64,000 bases of DNA, from positions 434,001 to 498,000 of the forward strand of contig MU008177.1 in the NCBI GenBank assembly GCA_010909165.1. The letters run 5' to 3'. Shown here piece after piece: positions 58,701-64,000 of this stretch (position 1 is the stretch's first letter; the number at the start of each line of letters is the position of its first letter). Made by a program: the position numbers and the translations under genes. The notes beneath the pieces are model-generated. The model worked only from the letters and a program-made list of their open reading frames with translations, had not been told where the DNA came from and did no database searches. This DNA comes from Anthoceros angustus (taxonomy: Eukaryota > Plantae > Anthocerotophyta).

Positions 58701-59649
58701 GCCCAAACTTTTCGTTCCACATACTCCCCACCTCACTGTTTGCGTCCTCGCAAACAGCGTACTCTGGAGGTACTTCTTGACCTTCCACCCATTGACTCGG
58801 TGGTAATTCGCCCCAATACCGGGTTGCACGGATCCATTCTCGTATCTGCGACCACCTCGTAGGTCCCATCCATCTTAGCCTAAGCTTCCTGGAAAGTCTA
58901 GGTACCGACTATCATATAGAAGAACCAAATCCCGTCCACGATAGCCTCTTGCTTCCTCAACCTCCCATCATGCATCTTTTACGAGTTCACGAATCCATTG
59001 CGTTTCTTCTAAAGCATCCTCCCTCGTTCTTCCTGCTCTATGAATGATTCTAGTCTAACTACGGCTATCCTCTGATCATCGTTCATCCTCCATGATTACA
59101 GGTGGGTACTTCAAATTCCACGGGCATCACGGAGACATGCCATATGTTAGATAATAAGGGGTCTTTTGGTGGTTACCTTTTCCATGATCCTGTAAGCCCA
59201 CAATGCGAATGCAACTTAGCATCCCAATCATACATGTGTCACGATTACCTTGGTGAGGATTGTGCGAGCAACCCATTCGTCTTCTCCGTTAATCCATTCC
59301 TTTGGGGTTGTAGTCGTCTTCGATGCGAATGTTGAAGTAGGTGGTTAGGGACTCAACGACCGAGTTGAGGAAATGTGTCCCCGATCGTGACCAACTCTAA
59401 AGGACATCCATACCGTTATGATGTTCTCGAATAAAAAGCTCTTGTGCGTCGTCCTTCCTGTTGCTTGACTTCCACCATCTTGTACAATAATCCGTAGCCA
59501 CCAAAATGTCTGCTTCCTCGTCCATTGCGTTGGTGGTTTGATCGGTCTGATCGATTCCCCACTTCTCGAGCGGTGCTAGCGGCGGGATGTAGGTAAGAGG
59601 CCATTGTGTAAACAACGTAGGCCGTCCAACCCTCGACGCATCACACCTC

Positions 59650-60990
59650 GGGTGAACTCCCCACATCCTTTTGCATCGTAGCCCACGAAACCCGGCATTC
59701 AAAATCTTCTTAACGGTCACTGCGAATAGTGTCCACTGCCTCTTACGTGCAACGCCTCGTAGTGACCTCCTTAACGAGACATCGGATCTTTTCGTCGGCC
59801 CAAGTTTGCAGGACACCTTCCTCAATAGGGTGCGGCTTTATGGAGAAAGACGTCCTTCCCTTGACAACCCATCCGGCATGATGCCATGCTCCGAATTTCG
59901 TACTTCACGCTCAACAAATACCTCGGGCATGAACGCCCCTCGTTCTAATCTTCTCCTTCCGGTGTGCACGTCTCCTCCTAGGGCGTTCGTTAATGGCTCC
60001 GGATGGCGTGTATCCATCCTCCCTCGTTCTTCCTCGCCCATCTTGCGTTCCTCCGTTTCGCATGTTCTTCCCCTTAACGAGTTGATTCGTCCACAACCTC
60101 GGGTGAACTCCCCACACATCCTTTTGCATCGTAGCCACCAAAACCCGGCATTCAAAATCTTCTTAACGGTCACTGCGAATAGTGTCCACTGCCTCTTACG
60201 CATAATCGCCTCGAGACCTCCTTAACGAGACATCGGATCTTTTCGTCGGCCCAAGTTTGCAGGACACCTTCCTCAGCGGTAGGGTGCGGCTTTATGGAGA
60301 AAGACGTCCTTCCCTTGACAACCCATCCGGCATGATGCCATGCTCCGAATTTCGTACTTCACGCTCAACAAATACCTCGGGCATGAACGCCCCTCGTTCT
60401 AATCTTCTCCTTCCGGTGTGCACGTCTCCTCCTAGGGCGTTCGTTAATGGCTCCGGATGGCGTGTATCCATCCTCGGCCCGGCTTCCATCGCCCATCTTG
60501 CGTTCCTCCGTTTCGCATGTTCTTCCCCTTAACGAGTTGATTCGTCCACAACCTCGGGTGAACTCCCACACATCCTTTTGCATCGTAGCCACCAAAACCC
60601 GGCATTCAAAATCTTCTTAACGGTCACTGCGAATAGTGTCCACTGCCTCTTACGCATAATCGCCTCGAGACCTCCTTAACGAGACATCGGATCTTTTCGT
60701 CGGCCCAAGTTTGCAGGACACCTTCCTCAGCGGTAGGGTGCGGCTTTATGGAGAAAGACGTCCTTCCCTTGACAACCCATCCGGCATGATGCCATGCTCC
60801 GAGAATTTCGTACTTCACGCTCAACAAATACCTCGGGCATGAACGCCCCTCGCGGTCTAATCTTCTCCTTCCGGTGTGCACGTCTCCTCCTCCTCCTCCT
60901 AGGGCGTTCGTTAATGGCTCCGGATGGCGTGTATCCATCCTCGACTTGTTGCACCTCCTTCCTCGCCCATCTTGCGTTCCTCCAGTTTCA
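59650..60990. repeat. About three tandem ~450-bp copies of the integrase N-terminal block (a fourth at ~62530-62970); also a ~470-bp duplication at 58084-59030
   Basis: The repeated string cctcgggtgaactccc...tttgcatcgtagcc...ggcgtgtatccatcctc. Confidence 0.88.
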
Positions 60991-63900
60991 TGTTCTTCCT
61001 TCATTAAGTTGATTTTCCGTCGGCCCAACGTGTCTGGGTCCATCTCGTGCTCCATGGCGACCTCCTCTTGTTGCACCTCCATGGTCGGATTTTGAGGATT
61101 GCCGATCGCCAACTCCTCTTTCTCAAACTTTTCTTGGCGCATCTCCTTCCTCGTCCATCTCGTGCCCACCTCCTAGGCGTCTCCTCCTCCTCCTCCTTCC
61201 CTTGACCTCGCCAAGTGGGGCCTTCCGTCGCTCAAAAGCGGTTTCTCATGTCCTTCTTCCTTCATTAAGTTGATTTCGTCACAACCGTCTGGGTCCATCT
61301 CGTGCTCCATGGCGACCTCCTCGACTTGTTGCACCTCCATGGTTCTTGCCCAGATCAACTCTCCCCTCGCAATTTTCTTCAAGCTTGTCATGGGATCTCC
61401 TTCCTCGCTCTGGCGCACCTCCTTCCGGTGTGCACGTCTCCTCCTCCTTCCCTTGACCTCGCCAAGTGGGGCCTTCCGTCGCTCAAAAGCGGTGCTCTCA
61501 TGTCGTTTCCTCCTTTTGCCAACGTGTGGCCTCCACTTGCAGCCCTGTTGCTCACCCTTGAGGAGAATTCAGCCTCCTCCTTGCGCCCATGCTGGCGCCA
61601 TCCTATCTCCTCGGTTCCAGTTGTCCTGCTGCTTTTCACCTGGCTCCCTTCTTGCTCATTTGGCCCTTCTAGCAAGCTTTGATCAATTCTTAGGCCTTCG
61701 ACAACATGCTCACCTCCTTCCCTTGACTTGGGTCATGGTAACCAACTCCTCGTCGAAATCGATCATCGTGGCTTCAAGTCGCTCTCCGGTTTCGAAATGA
61801 AATCAGCGTTACGATGTTGCTTCCAGCCTGGTTTCTCGTCATAGTCAAACTCTTGCAGTAATACCCATCGGCAATCCTTCACGACAAATCGGCTTGTTGA
61901 CAAGATACTTCAGCAAAATGGTCAACATGAAGCGTAACCTTGCAAGCGGATAGTGTCTAAACTTCTTACAGTAAATGATACCAAGACCCTCCGCTCCGTG
62001 GTTGAGTAGTTCTTTTCGGCATCCGTGAGTTGTCTACCGCATAGAAAATCGGATGATCCGTTTCTTCTCATCTTCGACTTGAGCGGTCCCAATGGCATAG
62101 GCGGACACATCCACGTATACATGAAGCGGCTTCCCAATCCGGCGGTTGTAAAGTTGGTGCGCTCACCAAATCCTTCAAGCTGAAAGCCTCTGTCGTCCAT
62201 TCGAAGGTGTATCCTTTTGGTTAATTGTGTCAACAAGGCTGCCTTCTTGGCGAAATCCTTGATGAACCTCTGTAATACCCCACTAGCCCTACAAAAGCCA
62301 CACCTTGTCAGTGCGTCCATCTCGACTATCACTGCTACCTTCTCTTTATCTACCAATCCTCGTCGAAACTCGATGTGCTAATAGAATGCCCTCCGTCATG
62401 CCAAAATAACACTTCACGGATGAAGTTTCATGTTCGACTCTGCATTTGAAACATTGCCTCAAATGGTCTAAATGCAAGTTCCTTCTCCCAAATACGAAAT
62501 CATCCGAATACCTCCATGAACTTCTCGAGTGCTAGCGGCGGGATGTAGGTAAGAGGCCATTGTGTCGACAACGTAGCAACCCTCGACGCATCACACCTCG
62601 GGTGAACTCCCACATCCTTTTGCATCGTAGCCACCAAAACCCGGCATTCAAAATCTTCTTAACGGTCACTGCGAATAGTGTCCACCTGCCTCTTACATGC
62701 GCTTGTGCAGTCGGCCTCCGCGAGACATCGGATCTTTTCGTCGGCCCAAGTTTGCAGGACACCTTCCTCAGCGGTAGGGTGCGGCTTTATGGAGAAAGAC
62801 CGCTTCCCTTGACAACCCATCGGCATGATGCCATGCTCCGAATTTCGTACTTCACGCTCAACAAATACCTCGGGCATGAACGCCCCTCGTTCTAATCTTC
62901 TCCTTCCGGTGTGCACGTCTCCTCCTCCTAGGACGTTCGTTAATGGCTCCGGATGGCGTGTATCCATCCTCGGCCACGGCTTCTGCCGCCCGCCCTGCGT
63001 TCCTCAACAGTTCGTCGCATGTTCTTCCTTCATTAAGTTGATTTTCGCCTGCTTCTGCGGTCCATCTTGTGCTCCCATGGCGACCTCCTCTTGTTGCACC
63101 TCCATGGTCGGATTTTGAGGATTGCCGGTCGCCAACTCTCCCTTGCAATTTTCTTCAAGCTTGTCATGGGATCTCCTTCCTCGTCCATCTCGTGCCCACC
63201 TCCCTATCTCCTCCTCGCGGCCTGGCCGACCCAAGTGGGGCCTTCCGTCGCTCAAAAGCGGTTTCTCATGTGTTTTCTTTCTTTTGCCAACGTGTGGCCT
63301 CCACTTGCAGCCCCGGCTCACCCTTGAGGAGAATTCAGCCTCCTCCTTGCGCCCATGCTGGCGCCATCCTATCTCCTCGGTTCCAGTTGTCCTGCTGCTT
63401 TTCACCTGCGCTCCCTTCTTGCTCATTTGGCCTCTCTGGGCAAGCTTTGATCAATTCTTAGGCCTTCGACAACATGCTCACCTCCTTCCCTTGACTTGGG
63501 TCATGGTAACCAACTCCTCGTCGAAATCGATCATCGTGGCTTCAAGTCGCTCTCCGGTTTTAGAAATGAAATCAGCGTTCGATGTTGCTTCACGGTTTTC
63601 GTCATAGTCAAACTCTTGCAGTAATACCCATCGGCAATCCTTCACGACAAATCGGCTTGTTGACAAGATACTTCAAGCAAAATGGTCAACATGAAGCGTA
63701 ACCTTGCAAGCGGATAGTGTCTAAACTTCTTACAGAGTAAATGATACCAAGACCCTCCGCTCCGTGGTTGAGTAGTTCTTTTCGCATCCGTGAGTTGTCT
63801 ACCGCATAGAAAATCGGATGATCCGTTTCTTCTCATCTTTCGACTCAAAGGCGGTCCCAATAGCATAGCGGACACATCCGTATACATGAAGCGGCTTCCC

Positions 63901-64000
63901 CAATCCGGTTGTAAAGTTGGTGCGCTCACCGTCCTTCAAGCTGAAAGCCTCTGTGCGTCGTCCATTCGAAGGTGTATCCTTTTGGTTAATTGTGTCAACA

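Larger units (their letters stand above)
51545..64000 (-). mobile_element. Large degenerate non-chromovirus Ty3/gypsy retrotransposon (end of RT, RNase H, integrase, GPY/F module, ~5-kb extra-ORF region, 3' LTR)
   Basis: RT/RNase H remnants VDKEKVAVI, RFIKDFAK, GRQLTDAEKNYSTTER and RWVLLQEFDY (61.8-62.5 kb, repeated 63.6-64 kb). Integrase TVKKILNAGFWW, EKWGID, LVATDYCTRW (59-61 kb). KLRLRWMGP and RVNGWKVKKY at 58.3-58.9 kb. Gypsy domain order; many frameshifts and block duplications. Confidence 0.92.

Noticed and set aside
58084-64000. Multiple integrase and RNase H copies as a novel multi-domain retroelement
   Set aside because: The near-identical blocks with indel noise and microhomology joins match the artefact pattern seen at 4.6-23 kb.
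1-64000. tRNA, rRNA, CRISPR arrays or prokaryotic operons
   Set aside because: None recognised by eye. The only tRNA-related sequence is the retrotransposon PBS at 49902.

Overview
Eukaryotic nuclear DNA from a land plant with compact, short-intron, GC-rich genes. A ciliary-type gene pair suggests flagellated sperm (bryophyte/lycophyte-like; hornwort is my guess, inference only). Bases 1-41.8 kb are gene-rich: plastid SecE1, PSB33/LIL8 (5' end lost in a 2.25-kb (CG)n tract), a conserved coiled-coil gene, a PIH1-domain co-chaperone head-to-head with an RIIa/Dpy-30 docking-domain gene in an AT-rich island, several small ORFs, and a large multi-exon C2/MUN-like gene. Bases 4.6-23.1 kb are a mosaic of about 7-9 kb of unique sequence repeated and re-joined at 8-12 nt microhomologies, most likely a consensus/polishing artefact. 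Bases 42-64 kb are a TE block: a papain fragment, two Ty1/copia and two inverted Ty3/gypsy elements, nested. The best novelty candidate is a co-oriented set of 3-4 microproteins sharing a Pro-basic-RG-x-[IV]-helix motif.
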